Part shown: positions 31,392 to 41,009 of the stretch, one piece after another
How the letters are laid out: the number at the start of each line of letters is the position of its first letter
Numbering within the stretch: position 1 is the first letter of the stretch
IMG/VR virus record: IMGVR_UViG_3300029983_000007
Coordinates: 124,001-188,000 of that record
DNA length: 64,000 nt
Direction: 5' to 3' (one strand)
Made by a program: the position numbers and the translations under genes
The notes under the pieces: model-generated
Seen by the model: the letters and a program-made list of their open reading frames with translations, nothing else
Told to the model about the DNA's origin: nothing
The model's database searches: none

Positions 31392-34300
31392 TTAATTTAC
31401 ACTACTTCTTAATGACGAAGTTTTGTTTCTAAATACGTTAAATATAATTTCAAATTCAAATGGTCTGCTTAAACTTTCAGATTCAACAAATATTCTTAAT
31501 TTTCTTGTAACAGATGGTGATGTAGACAAATTGGTAGGAAATGTAACTGTTTCATTTGTACCTCCTGATAATTTGAAAAATATTTTAATTGGTAATATAA
31601 ATTTGTTATTAGAATTTATTAATTTTACTCCACTATTATCTGAATAAACAAAATCTTTAATATTATCAATATATGGATGAATTGTAACAGGAAAATCTGT
31701 TTCATAATCATTATCAGATGACCAAGTAATTCCAGTCCAATTGATATCATTAAATATATTTATCGGATCAGAATATGTACCTCCTGAATTTGGAACTGTT
31801 GTACCAGTCAATCCAACATTCCAGTTTTTGGAATATAAAACTTGACCTAATCCAGTAGAATTATATGTTTTACCTGAATTGTATATAGCATTTGTTCCTG
31901 ATGTATCAGAAATCCAAACAAATTGATTATCTACTTGTGTTCTAAGAAGATCATCAGAATCAATATAAGATGCTAATGAACCATTTGAATATTGATGATT
32001 ATAGAATCTATTATCTCCAGTAATATCAGGTACATATTTTCTATATGAAAGTAATCCTAATTGAGAAGCTTTAGATATATTATCAAATTCTAAATAATAT
32101 TCACTTGTAGAATAAATATTATTATAATATGTTCTTGTATTATTAGATATCTCAGCATAATTTTCACATATAACCTTTTGAGTTACAGATGCTCCGTTTC
32201 TTATAATAATACTATTAGAATTTTGATAAAGACTAATTGAAAGTTCACCTTTAGCATTTGAAACAATTTCTTCAAGAGCAGTAATTCTATCTGTTAATAA
32301 TTTCAAATAATCATTTAACATTATAATATTACCAGAACTATCTTTAACAGATGTTCCTACATTTACATCAGTGTGAGCAACATATAAATCATTCACATAA
32401 TATGATTGTTGTAAATGTGTTGTCAATCCTTTTGAATTGAAGTCACTTTCTATTTGTGAATATATTTGTTCGTTTTGTGCTGATTGTAGAATAGTAGAAT
32501 TTTCATTACCTACCTGAGCAAGATTAGTTGGAAAATCAATTGTCATAATATCTGACCAATCAGAAACAATAAGAGAGTCTGGAAATCCAACTTCTGATAC
32601 AGATTTAATTCTAATTTCAACTGTTTCATTTGGTTGTAGTGAAATGTCTAATTGATTTACTTTTGGAGAATTTGCGTCAGATACATTTTCAACATCCCAT
32701 GTCCATGCATCTAAAGCTCTATTGTATGTTCTTTTTCTTGCCTCTGTCATATATTGATTCCAATTAGAGAAATAACCAGTTTCAGTTACATTTTGAGTTG
32801 TTACACTTGGATTAAGATATGCTTTAGTTTGATCTGTAATATCACCAGTAGATGTAGAATTTGTATATATTGTTTCCGTTATATTCAAATTGAAGCCTTC
32901 TGTTGTAGGTTCAGAACCTCCAGTAGCTTTGTATCTATATTGAACAATGAACTGAACTACTTCTTGCTTTTGTTGTTCCCCTACTGTATTTATAATTACA
33001 GGTTCAGGAACACTCCAAAAACCTCTAACTCTAAATTTTGCTGTTACGCTTGAAATAGAACCAGTGTTTTCTGCATTGATTTGACTAACAATTGATGTGT
33101 ATGATTTAGTTAGTGATGATTGTTGACTTATTAACGTGCTTAGTTTATTTTGACTTGCTTGTTTATCTGAAGTAGATTTGTATTGTTTTGTACTAAGCTC
33201 TTTATTTTGTTCAACTATAGCATCGCTTAATTGTTCTAATTGTGATTTTATAGATACCTTTTGAGTATTTAAATTTTGAATTTTTGCAGAATCTGCTGTA
33301 TCAGTTAAATGTTTATTTATTTGTATAACTTTAAAATTACTAGATACCAAATTTGGTATATTTGGAGTGACACCAAATTTACTAGGAATATTTTTAGAAA
33401 TTAAATCTTTTAATATCGAACCATAATCAAATACAGTGTCACTATAAAATTTAGTCATTGAAACTGTACTATTAGTATCTAAGACTAAATTGTTACTATA
33501 AAAAGATGTACCATAAGACCATGTTGAAGATACAACATTTGCATCAGTATTAATAGGTTTAATAAATACAACATTATATTCGTCGTATCCAATAGATATT
33601 TTTATTGTTTTAGATGGTAATACAGGACTATATATCTTCAATCCTTGTGTTAGTATTGGTACTGGTTCAAGTCCCTCCACTCTCTCTAAAATAACTCTAT
33701 AATTACTTTTAGCTGTACTAACTTCTTTAATATACCATAATGTAGATGAATCTTTTTTATTTATTATCAATTCATCTCCAACTGATAATTGTCTGGTGTT
33801 ACCAGTATAATCATAATATGTTATTGAGCCTAATACATACCACATTTTATTATTAATTGTATCATTATCAATACCTACAACATCAAATATTCCATGATAT
33901 TGAAGTTTATCATAATCTAATTCAAATATTTGTTCATCATAAGGTTGATTTTTATGAAAAACTCCAGTGTTTTTAACATTAGTGTACCATGAAGTTAAAT
34001 CATCTATAAAAACATCATTTCTGTTTAAGAAATTAGTTTCAAAATCAGATTTTGAATTTGCTCCATCAGATGTCAAATTACCATATTGATCTTTTTGAAA
34101 ATTTATAATATATCTACGTGATAATACTTTTTTAACTTTCTGATCAATTTTATCAGTTAAATCAAGTTGTATTGCAAGCATAGGATCATAAAGTGATTCA
34201 AAAAATGAATTATTTATTGATGTGAATTTTTTGATACTATCTAAACTATCAATAGGACTAGGTTCACTATTCAAATCATCTACATATATCCTTCTCATTG

Positions 34301-34571
34301 TTGTACCATCAGATACATAAGCTGTACTATCTGCTAATCCTGCTAATTTTTGAATATTTCTATTTGCAATATCTAACTCATTTTTTAATTGTCCAACTGT
34401 TGGAAATTGATATGATGATGTTGTTCCATCTGTATTCATTAAGTTAACGTTAACAACAGAATTTCTACTTGTTACAACATCAGTTAATTTTGTCATAACT
34501 TCCATAGAATTCTTATTTAATACAGCCATTTGTTCAGCTAACGATACCATGCTGTTTTGTTGATTTATCAT
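31392..34571 (-). CDS. Large putative virion structural protein with central coiled coil
   Basis: 1059 aa; late-type motif at 34594-34603; Fn3-like VEIRIKSVSEVG...SDWS. Confidence 0.6.
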   Translation of the reverse strand: MINQQNSMVSLAEQMAVLNKNSMEVMTKLTDVVTSRNSVVNVNLMNTDGTTSSYQFPTVGQLKNELDIANRNIQKLAGLADSTAYVSDGTTMRRIYVDDLNSEPSPIDSLDSIKKFTSINNSFFESLYDPMLAIQLDLTDKIDQKVKKVLSRRYIINFQKDQYGNLTSDGANSKSDFETNFLNRNDVFIDDLTSWYTNVKNTGVFHKNQPYDEQIFELDYDKLQYHGIFDVVGIDNDTINNKMWYVLGSITYYDYTGNTRQLSVGDELIINKKDSSTLWYIKEVSTAKSNYRVILERVEGLEPVPILTQGLKIYSPVLPSKTIKISIGYDEYNVVFIKPINTDANVVSSTWSYGTSFYSNNLVLDTNSTVSMTKFYSDTVFDYGSILKDLISKNIPSKFGVTPNIPNLVSSNFKVIQINKHLTDTADSAKIQNLNTQKVSIKSQLEQLSDAIVEQNKELSTKQYKSTSDKQASQNKLSTLISQQSSLTKSYTSIVSQINAENTGSISSVTAKFRVRGFWSVPEPVIINTVGEQQKQEVVQFIVQYRYKATGGSEPTTEGFNLNITETIYTNSTSTGDITDQTKAYLNPSVTTQNVTETGYFSNWNQYMTEARKRTYNRALDAWTWDVENVSDANSPKVNQLDISLQPNETVEIRIKSVSEVGFPDSLIVSDWSDIMTIDFPTNLAQVGNENSTILQSAQNEQIYSQIESDFNSKGLTTHLQQSYYVNDLYVAHTDVNVGTSVKDSSGNIIMLNDYLKLLTDRITALEEIVSNAKGELSISLYQNSNSIIIRNGASVTQKVICENYAEISNNTRTYYNNIYSTSEYYLEFDNISKASQLGLLSYRKYVPDITGDNRFYNHQYSNGSLASYIDSDDLLRTQVDNQFVWISDTSGTNAIYNSGKTYNSTGLGQVLYSKNWNVGLTGTTVPNSGGTYSDPINIFNDINWTGITWSSDNDYETDFPVTIHPYIDNIKDFVYSDNSGVKLINSNNKFILPIKIFFKLSGGTNETVTFPTNLSTSPSVTRKLRIFVESESLSRPFEFEIIFNVFRNKTSSLRSSVN

Positions 34572-34662
34572 GTTTAATAATTTAATTTTTATCTATATAT
34601 AAAAAAATTCTATTTCATATGAAATAAAATAATGCAAGATCATGATATATATTACTATATAA

Positions 34663-35286
34663 TTATATATTATATTTTTCCGAATTTATAATAGCATCTT
34701 CAGCTCCTTTATAATATTTTTTCAATTCCTTTGGTACCCCGTATTTTACTAACATTATATCTTTATCTATTGAATCTTTAATGATATCTATAAACCCTTT
34801 ATCTTTAGATTCAAGAATTTTCATGAAATTTTTTATATGTTCAATGATAGGATATAATTTTAACATAAGATGATAATTACATTCTTTAGTTGCTCTTATC
34901 ATGTTTTTAGTATGCATTTCACTATCTCCTGAATTACCTGAAATATAATAATTGAATTTTCCAAATTTATTCTCTAAACAATTTCCACGATATCTAATAA
35001 TAATACTCATAGCATACATATTTCGCCATCTAACTTTAATATTAGTTAGAAGTCCTCTAATTTTAACATATCCGTTATCATCTCTTTCATGGTTGAAGAA
35101 CATAATGTTTCTTTCTAATTCCATGTCAGCAACCTTTAAATTATTTTTGTATAGTTTTTCTAAATCTTTTTTGGTAGGAGTTAATAACTTAGCCATATCA
35201 TCTGATATGTATAATATATTATTACTAATATAAAATGGTTGTTGATCAATAATATTATCATTCTCAAAATATCTTAGGTATTTCAT
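34663..35286 (-). CDS. Tag-class protein
   Basis: MKYLRYFE...SEKYNI. Confidence 0.75.
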   Translation of the reverse strand: MKYLRYFENDNIIDQQPFYISNNILYISDDMAKLLTPTKKDLEKLYKNNLKVADMELERNIMFFNHERDDNGYVKIRGLLTNIKVRWRNMYAMSIIIRYRGNCLENKFGKFNYYISGNSGDSEMHTKNMIRATKECNYHLMLKLYPIIEHIKNFMKILESKDKGFIDIIKDSIDKDIMLVKYGVPKELKKYYKGAEDAIINSEKYNI

Positions 35287-35633
35287 ATGTTAAATTTTTT
35301 AGATTTTGATATTTCTGGATGTTCTTTATTTAGCCATTTTTTATATTCAATTAGATTACTATATGGTAATTTAGTATCATAACAACGAAGTTCAGTTATA
35401 GAATCTGGTAATATAGGTAACTCAGATAAATTATAATTATGTGAACATTTTAAATGTTTTAATGTTGATGGTAATTTAGGTAATTTAGTTAAATTGTTAT
35501 TATTGCAATATAATGTTATTAAAGTGCTTGGCAATTTAGGTAATTCTGTTAACCCTTGTCCTGAATAATCTAATGTGGTTATCTTTCCATTTATACCTTG
35601 TTCTATCTTTTCAAAATATTTTAAGTATTTCAT
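35283..35633 (-). CDS. Tag-class leucine-rich-repeat protein
   Basis: MKYLKYFE; LTELPKLPSTL..L.C..N repeats; ends KKFNI. Confidence 0.75.
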   Translation of the reverse strand: MKYLKYFEKIEQGINGKITTLDYSGQGLTELPKLPSTLITLYCNNNNLTKLPKLPSTLKHLKCSHNYNLSELPILPDSITELRCYDTKLPYSNLIEYKKWLNKEHPEISKSKKFNI

Positions 35634-35950
35634 ATGTTAAATTTATTTGTGTTAGTTTTTAAAACAAAATCTTTTGATTCAGTATTATTCAATTTTCTTA
35701 TTATAAATATCGGTCTAACTTCATCAAGCACTTTATCATTATAAAATAACAATTTATATGTTACAATATAATGATCTTCATGTTCGTCATCTTTGTAATC
35801 ATTTACCTGAATTATTATAGCATGGTCATCATCAATTCCATTAGTAGCATAACTAAAATAATAATCTTTTATTAAAGGTAAATCTACTAAAACATAATCA
35901 CCTATTTCATATTCTTCTTCATTATATTCAAATTTTTTCAAGTATTTCAT
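35630..35950 (-). CDS. Tag-class small protein (SH3/KOW-like)
   Basis: MKYLKKFE...YEIGDYVLV...TNKFNI. Confidence 0.7.
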   Translation of the reverse strand: MKYLKKFEYNEEEYEIGDYVLVDLPLIKDYYFSYATNGIDDDHAIIIQVNDYKDDEHEDHYIVTYKLLFYNDKVLDEVRPIFIIRKLNNTESKDFVLKTNTNKFNI

Positions 35951-36276
35951 ATATTAAATTTATTTGAGTGTTTTTCTATTTCTACTTCTTCTAATTCTTT
36001 CTTTGATAGTTTAATATCACCATTATATTTATAATATTTATATGTATTATCATTTAATGATGCGTCCCAATATACATTATCATTTTTTATTTCCATTACA
36101 ATATATAATACACTATCAAAAATATCAGAATCAGAAAAAAAATAAATAATACTATCTATTGTTTTATCAGGACATCCAATTTTTTTCAAAGATTTTTTAA
36201 TAATAATAGGATCATAAATAACTGACCAATATTCACCATAATCATTATTGGACTCAAATTTCTTTAAGTATTTCAT
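35947..36276 (-). CDS. Tag-class small protein, distantly similar to the 25211-26231 trio
   Basis: MKYLKKFE...YW...SLKKIGCP...SNKFNI. Confidence 0.7.
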   Translation of the reverse strand: MKYLKKFESNNDYGEYWSVIYDPIIIKKSLKKIGCPDKTIDSIIYFFSDSDIFDSVLYIVMEIKNDNVYWDASLNDNTYKYYKYNGDIKLSKKELEEVEIEKHSNKFNI

Positions 36277-36971
36277 TTTACAATTAGTATAAATTTTATA
36301 GGATCACCTTCATCATCAACACTACATTCAACTTTATTTCTCCACATTTTTTTAGATGTCCAATTATCCAACGTTCTGAATAGACGATTCATATTTATAT
36401 CATCATCTGTGAATTGATCTCTTGTTATATAAATAATCACTTTATTGTCAGATATTTCTACTTTTGTTTTCTTCTTACCTTTATAAAAATTTTCACAATC
36501 TTGTTTTATCTTTGATAGTATAGGTAATTTTTTAGAGTCAGTGTTTTGTATAATCTTATTGACAAATTGCATTGATTTATATTTAGATATTGAACCAAAG
36601 AAGTCTTTTGTAAACATAAATTCTCCAACAACATAACTTCTTTGAGTATCTAAATCTAAGAAGCCATATCTCAATATAGAATTTTCTTTTATACCAAAAA
36701 AGAATGCTAATTTATTATCTTTTATTTGTAGTAGTATATCATATGCCGATGCTAATGAATGTTTATATTTAAAAATATCAACATAATCTTCTATTCCTGT
36801 TATAGTTTCAGTAGAGAAAAATACGTGATATTTGTATAATTTTCTATATGTATCATTTGAAATGAAATGATAGTCATGATTTGATACTATCTGAAGATAA
36901 GTTAAGAATGAGTGCTTACCAGATAATGTATATGTTTCATTTAGTGAATATTTTTGAAATTTTGTTATCAT
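36273..36971 (-). CDS. Hypothetical protein with MITKF...LNE leader and no KFNI tail
   Basis: 232-aa ORF within the coupled array. Confidence 0.7.
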   Translation of the reverse strand: MITKFQKYSLNETYTLSGKHSFLTYLQIVSNHDYHFISNDTYRKLYKYHVFFSTETITGIEDYVDIFKYKHSLASAYDILLQIKDNKLAFFFGIKENSILRYGFLDLDTQRSYVVGEFMFTKDFFGSISKYKSMQFVNKIIQNTDSKKLPILSKIKQDCENFYKGKKKTKVEISDNKVIIYITRDQFTDDDINMNRLFRTLDNWTSKKMWRNKVECSVDDEGDPIKFILIVK

Positions 36972-36973
36972 TA

Positions 36974-37291
36974 TTATATGTTAAATTTTTGTGCTGCTAA
37001 AAATGCTAATAATTCTTCTTTGCTTTCTGCCCAATACATAATTTTTGATATCGAATAATAACCATTATATGAACTATCATCAAATTTTATATATTTGGAT
37101 GTATATGATTCAACATGAGGCATATATACTCTGCCTATTATAATATCGTCACCAGATCTTTTATAATTAAAATAATGATTATCTAATATAACATAGTCTT
37201 TATCTTCTGGGTAGTCATTTTTATCAAGATTCGCATTATTACTAACACTTCTTTCGTGTACTTCTTCAAATAATTTAAAATCTGTTATCAT
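36974..37291 (-). CDS. Tag-class small protein
   Basis: Start moved to ATG 37291 (ATGA overlap): MITDFKLFEE...AQKFNI. Confidence 0.7.
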   Translation of the reverse strand: MITDFKLFEEVHERSVSNNANLDKNDYPEDKDYVILDNHYFNYKRSGDDIIIGRVYMPHVESYTSKYIKFDDSSYNGYYSISKIMYWAESKEELLAFLAAQKFNI

Positions 37292-37611
37292 ATATTGTAT
37301 TTGTTTGCAATAAAAGATGCCGCTAATAAATCTAAATCTAAGCAATCATCAAGATTATCTGAACTATATATAGCATGTTCTCTTACTTCTGAATATGAAA
37401 ACTCATATTTCTGTTTGTCTATTCTTGTTACTCTGTTATAATCATATTCACTTGGATCATTATAATACTTATATAACCGTGTCATATGAACAAAGTGTTC
37501 ATCAATACTATTAACTTCCAATATTATAATACAAGTTTTCATTTTCCATAATACATATTTCTTTATGTTTAGTATATCTTCGTTGTTTTCAAATTTTTTA
37601 ATATATTTCAT
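37288..37611 (-). CDS. Tag-class small protein
   Basis: MKYIKKFE...ANKYNI. Confidence 0.75.
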   Translation of the reverse strand: MKYIKKFENNEDILNIKKYVLWKMKTCIIILEVNSIDEHFVHMTRLYKYYNDPSEYDYNRVTRIDKQKYEFSYSEVREHAIYSSDNLDDCLDLDLLAASFIANKYNI

Positions 37612-37976
37612 AGATTAAACTTTTTTGAATTTTTTATAGTCATAATTTGATTATATTCAGTTGGATATGTCTCTTTCAAATAATCATAAATTTCTGTCAT
37701 TTGCTCAATTGTTAAATTATTAATAAATCCTACCTGATATGTATCTGTTATTGTAAAATCTTCAATTTCTGCAAATAAATCATTACCAGAAAAATCATTT
37801 TTTATATGAACGTTTTTAATAATATTATTTTTGCTATAATATATTTTTTTATCTATTATGTCAACGCTACCACCTATTAAATCAACTAAATTAAATATTT
37901 CTATAGTTAATAATAGTCTTGTTCTACCGTTAGTGAATTCTTCGTTTAATTTATAATTATCGAATTTTGTTATCAT
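37608..37976 (-). CDS. Tag-class small protein
   Basis: Start ATG 37976: MITKFDNYKLNEE...SKKFNL. Confidence 0.7.
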   Translation of the reverse strand: MITKFDNYKLNEEFTNGRTRLLLTIEIFNLVDLIGGSVDIIDKKIYYSKNNIIKNVHIKNDFSGNDLFAEIEDFTITDTYQVGFINNLTIEQMTEIYDYLKETYPTEYNQIMTIKNSKKFNL

Positions 37977-38319
37977 AGTTGAATTTTTCAAATGTTTTTA
38001 TATGTTTATTCTCTCCCATTAAAGTATTAGGTACATTCTGTGTATCAGTTTGATTAAAAACGTTATTTTTAGTCTGAACTTTGAACTTATCATAAAGTGT
38101 TTTAGCTATTTTATTAATGTCTAAATCATTCATTGTTGCTTGATTGATATAATTACTTATTTCACTTCTTATTTCATCAGACTGATTGAATATTTCATCA
38201 TTGAATGTTTGAACTTCACTTTTCTTAATTTCCTTATCTTGGGAAATCAATCTCTTAATTTCTTCTTGAACCAAATCAAAATATTTTTTTACTAAATCTT
38301 CATTTCTTGTATCAATCAT
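37957..38319 (-). CDS. Acidic helical protein with a KHIKTFE motif near its C-terminus (possible head core/scaffold-type)
   Basis: First gene after the late-type motif at 38338-38347; ends GENKHIKTFEKFNYDNKIR. Confidence 0.6.
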   Translation of the reverse strand: MIDTRNEDLVKKYFDLVQEEIKRLISQDKEIKKSEVQTFNDEIFNQSDEIRSEISNYINQATMNDLDINKIAKTLYDKFKVQTKNNVFNQTDTQNVPNTLMGENKHIKTFEKFNYDNKIR

Positions 38320-38383
38320 AATAGACTGTTTTTTCTTTATATATAAATAAAAAAAAACTTAAAACTTTTTTAATAATAGAATT

Positions 38384-39517
38384 ATGATGAAATTTTTAAT
38401 TATAATATCATTAGTAATATTGATACCATGTATATTATTTATACTATATGTGTTATTTACTGAAATATATTCAAAATATATTAGCAGGAGAAATTTTATA
38501 ATTCTTAAAAAAAATATTACATCATTAAATAAAAATGTTAAAGAATTAAAAAATATAATTGTAGATTTGCCTTGTGCGTTATTGAGTAGTTATAATGAAT
38601 CAGTGAGTAATAAAATAACAGATGATATTGTAACAATCGAATATTATAGAAAATTACAATGTGTTTATGATTCATTGATTGAATATAAGAAAATTATTAA
38701 TAGTATTAACAATTCAATATTATTAATATCTAATAGCAAATCTGACATTCTTAATTATATACAATATAATTATCCTTATTGTGAAAATTATATTAAAGAA
38801 GAATTGAATAAATTTTTAACTGAAATTAATATTGATAATAGTAAGGATTATACTAAAAGTAGAATGCATAGGTTGATTAATGAGCAGAAAATATTAGACA
38901 ATAAATTGAATATGTTTTTAAATAAAATAGTAAAGATTAATAACATAATAACAGATTATAAAAATATAAATATTAAAATATCAGAACTGAATAACTTAAA
39001 TTTATTGTGGCTTAAAAATAAAAAAAAATTAGAATCTATTAAAGTTGGAAATAGATATAATTCTCTTATTAAGCCTGATTTTAACTATTATGTTGATAAT
39101 ATGAAAAACAATTTGGAGTTAAGCTTGAAATATTTAAATGATGAAGATTTAAATAATTCATTGTTATGTTATGGTTATTGTTCTACTAGCGTTTCATTAT
39201 TAACAAAAACATATGATTCTATGTCAAAATTGCTGTTGGATTATAATAATAGTAATAAGTATATTAAATTAAACAGCAAATGTATAATTAATATACGAAC
39301 AAAAATTGATGATATTATATTTAAGTTAGGTGTTAAAAATTCTAATAGAATACTTTATGACGAATATAAAAATGATATATTAATTTATAAAAACCTTCTA
39401 AATTTTGATAAAATTTCTGCATCAGAAAAACATAAAGATATTGTTAAGAATCTTGAAAAATTATTAATCAATATAGAAATTGAAATTGCACTATATTATA
39501 AAAACAAAAAAATGTAG
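38384..39517 (+). CDS. Membrane-anchored coiled-coil hypothetical protein
   Basis: N-terminal hydrophobic helix followed by heptad-rich sequence. Confidence 0.65.
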   Translation: MMKFLIIISLVILIPCILFILYVLFTEIYSKYISRRNFIILKKNITSLNKNVKELKNIIVDLPCALLSSYNESVSNKITDDIVTIEYYRKLQCVYDSLIEYKKIINSINNSILLISNSKSDILNYIQYNYPYCENYIKEELNKFLTEINIDNSKDYTKSRMHRLINEQKILDNKLNMFLNKIVKINNIITDYKNINIKISELNNLNLLWLKNKKKLESIKVGNRYNSLIKPDFNYYVDNMKNNLELSLKYLNDEDLNNSLLCYGYCSTSVSLLTKTYDSMSKLLLDYNNSNKYIKLNSKCIINIRTKIDDIIFKLGVKNSNRILYDEYKNDILIYKNLLNFDKISASEKHKDIVKNLEKLLINIEIEIALYYKNKKM

Positions 39518-39534
39518 ATTTCTCTACATTTTTT
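39506..39534. terminator. Bidirectional terminator
   Basis: aaaaaatgtaga-tttc-tctacatttttt. Confidence 0.75.
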
Positions 39535-39535
39535 A

Positions 39536-40303
39536 TTATTTATAATCTTTAGGTGTTACTATTTTAATGTTTTTGTTATAATATATAATATATAAATTAT
39601 TATAGAAAGTGTGTGTTATTAATTCATTATAGTAATATTCTTTTATTTTATCTATATCTCCTCTGATATTAGCAGTACCATTTAGAAATTGTTTTATTTC
39701 TATTTTACCTAAATCTTGCCATGCACCAACTTTATTTTCTACTTCTTTACATTTTTCATTGAAAATTAAATTATAAAATGTTTCAAATTGTCCAGAATCT
39801 TTACCAAAGCTTATTTTTATGAATTTTTTATCAAAATTATAAACATCTACATTAGTGTAACTTCTAGTGTGTATATATGATTTGAAATCCTTATCATTGA
39901 GATTATATCTTTCTTTGAATTTGAACCATTCAATAACCTCAATTATGTTATCATTTTCAAGTTGAGGTAATTTAGCTCTATCATCAAATTTTAATGAAAA
40001 TATACTTTTAATTAATTCAAAAATTTTATCATCAGGCTTAATTTTAGAAAAATGTGAACTTATTACGTTATCTGCCTCTGAATAATTTTTTATTTTATAT
40101 GAATCAGAATAAAAACTCTGAGGAACATCTACTCTTAATGTATTATATTTTTGTATTAGTTTCTCAATTTTATTTTTGTGAAACCTATCTTGATTTTGTA
40201 CATAACCAAATCCTTGATCATATAATGCACTAAATATTGTATCTAAATCCTTTTCTGAATTTATTTGAGGAACTTTGAATTCTTCTTCTTTATTATTTTC
40301 CAT
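39536..40303 (-). CDS. Hypothetical protein
   Basis: 255-aa ORF; late-type motif upstream. Confidence 0.7.
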   Translation of the reverse strand: MENNKEEEFKVPQINSEKDLDTIFSALYDQGFGYVQNQDRFHKNKIEKLIQKYNTLRVDVPQSFYSDSYKIKNYSEADNVISSHFSKIKPDDKIFELIKSIFSLKFDDRAKLPQLENDNIIEVIEWFKFKERYNLNDKDFKSYIHTRSYTNVDVYNFDKKFIKISFGKDSGQFETFYNLIFNEKCKEVENKVGAWQDLGKIEIKQFLNGTANIRGDIDKIKEYYYNELITHTFYNNLYIIYYNKNIKIVTPKDYK

Positions 40304-40355
40304 AAAAATTGATTCTCATTTTTTTATATATATTAATAAATGATATTCAAATTTT

Positions 40356-40748
40356 ATGTTAGATAAATATTTAGATTTTATAAATGAAAATTTCAATATA
40401 ACTGAAGGTTATGTTAATCATCCATCTGTTGTGTATTGGAGTGAAAATGCTGATAGCTTGTTAAACGATAATTGGTTTGATATTTCTGTTAATAGATATA
40501 GTCCTCCTGTATATATCATTAAATTTAGAGTAGGAGATAATGATAAGGATCAATATAATTATTATAATGTGGTGATTGAAAAAGGAACAACAGATACTTA
40601 TTATATGGAAAATCCTGAACCTTTTATTGAAAAATTTAAAACAGAATTTTTAAAACATCCATTAGATTATATTGACAACATGAAATATGATCCTAAAGCA
40701 TTAGGTGATTTGGGTCATATTAGAAATTCATCTAAATTCAATCTATAA
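40356..40748 (+). CDS. Tag-class small protein
   Basis: MLDKYLDFINE...SSKFNL. Confidence 0.7.
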   Translation: MLDKYLDFINENFNITEGYVNHPSVVYWSENADSLLNDNWFDISVNRYSPPVYIIKFRVGDNDKDQYNYYNVVIEKGTTDTYYMENPEPFIEKFKTEFLKHPLDYIDNMKYDPKALGDLGHIRNSSKFNL

Positions 40749-40749
40749 T

Positions 40750-40980
40750 ATGAAAATAGAAAGATTTAATGAAGATCATGAATTTGATGTTAAACTAAAT
40801 GAATTAAACAATAAACTTTATAGTATAATTTTCAATGAATTAGAACTTGAGAGTGTTCAATATACTGATGATGTGCAAATATCATATGATAGTGTACGTA
40901 ATGCATGTGATAAAATTATATCATATTTTGGAGGTGAGTTCTTATTATCTGCACTTGATACTAAAAAATTTAATTTATAA
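40750..40980 (+). CDS. Tag-class small protein
   Basis: Start moved to ATG 40750: MKIERFNE...TKKFNL. Confidence 0.7.
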   Translation: MKIERFNEDHEFDVKLNELNNKLYSIIFNELELESVQYTDDVQISYDSVRNACDKIISYFGGEFLLSALDTKKFNL

Positions 40981-41008
40981 AAAAAGTTCAGATTTCTCTG
41001 AACTTTTT
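40979..41008. terminator. Bidirectional terminator
   Basis: aaaaagttcaga-tttc-tctgaacttttt. Confidence 0.8.
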
Positions 41009-41009
41009 C

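Noticed and set aside
38355-38382. AAAC-N18-TAGAAT before the 38384 gene
   Set aside because: The hexamer ends one base before the start codon, leaving no room for a transcription start, so it was not counted.
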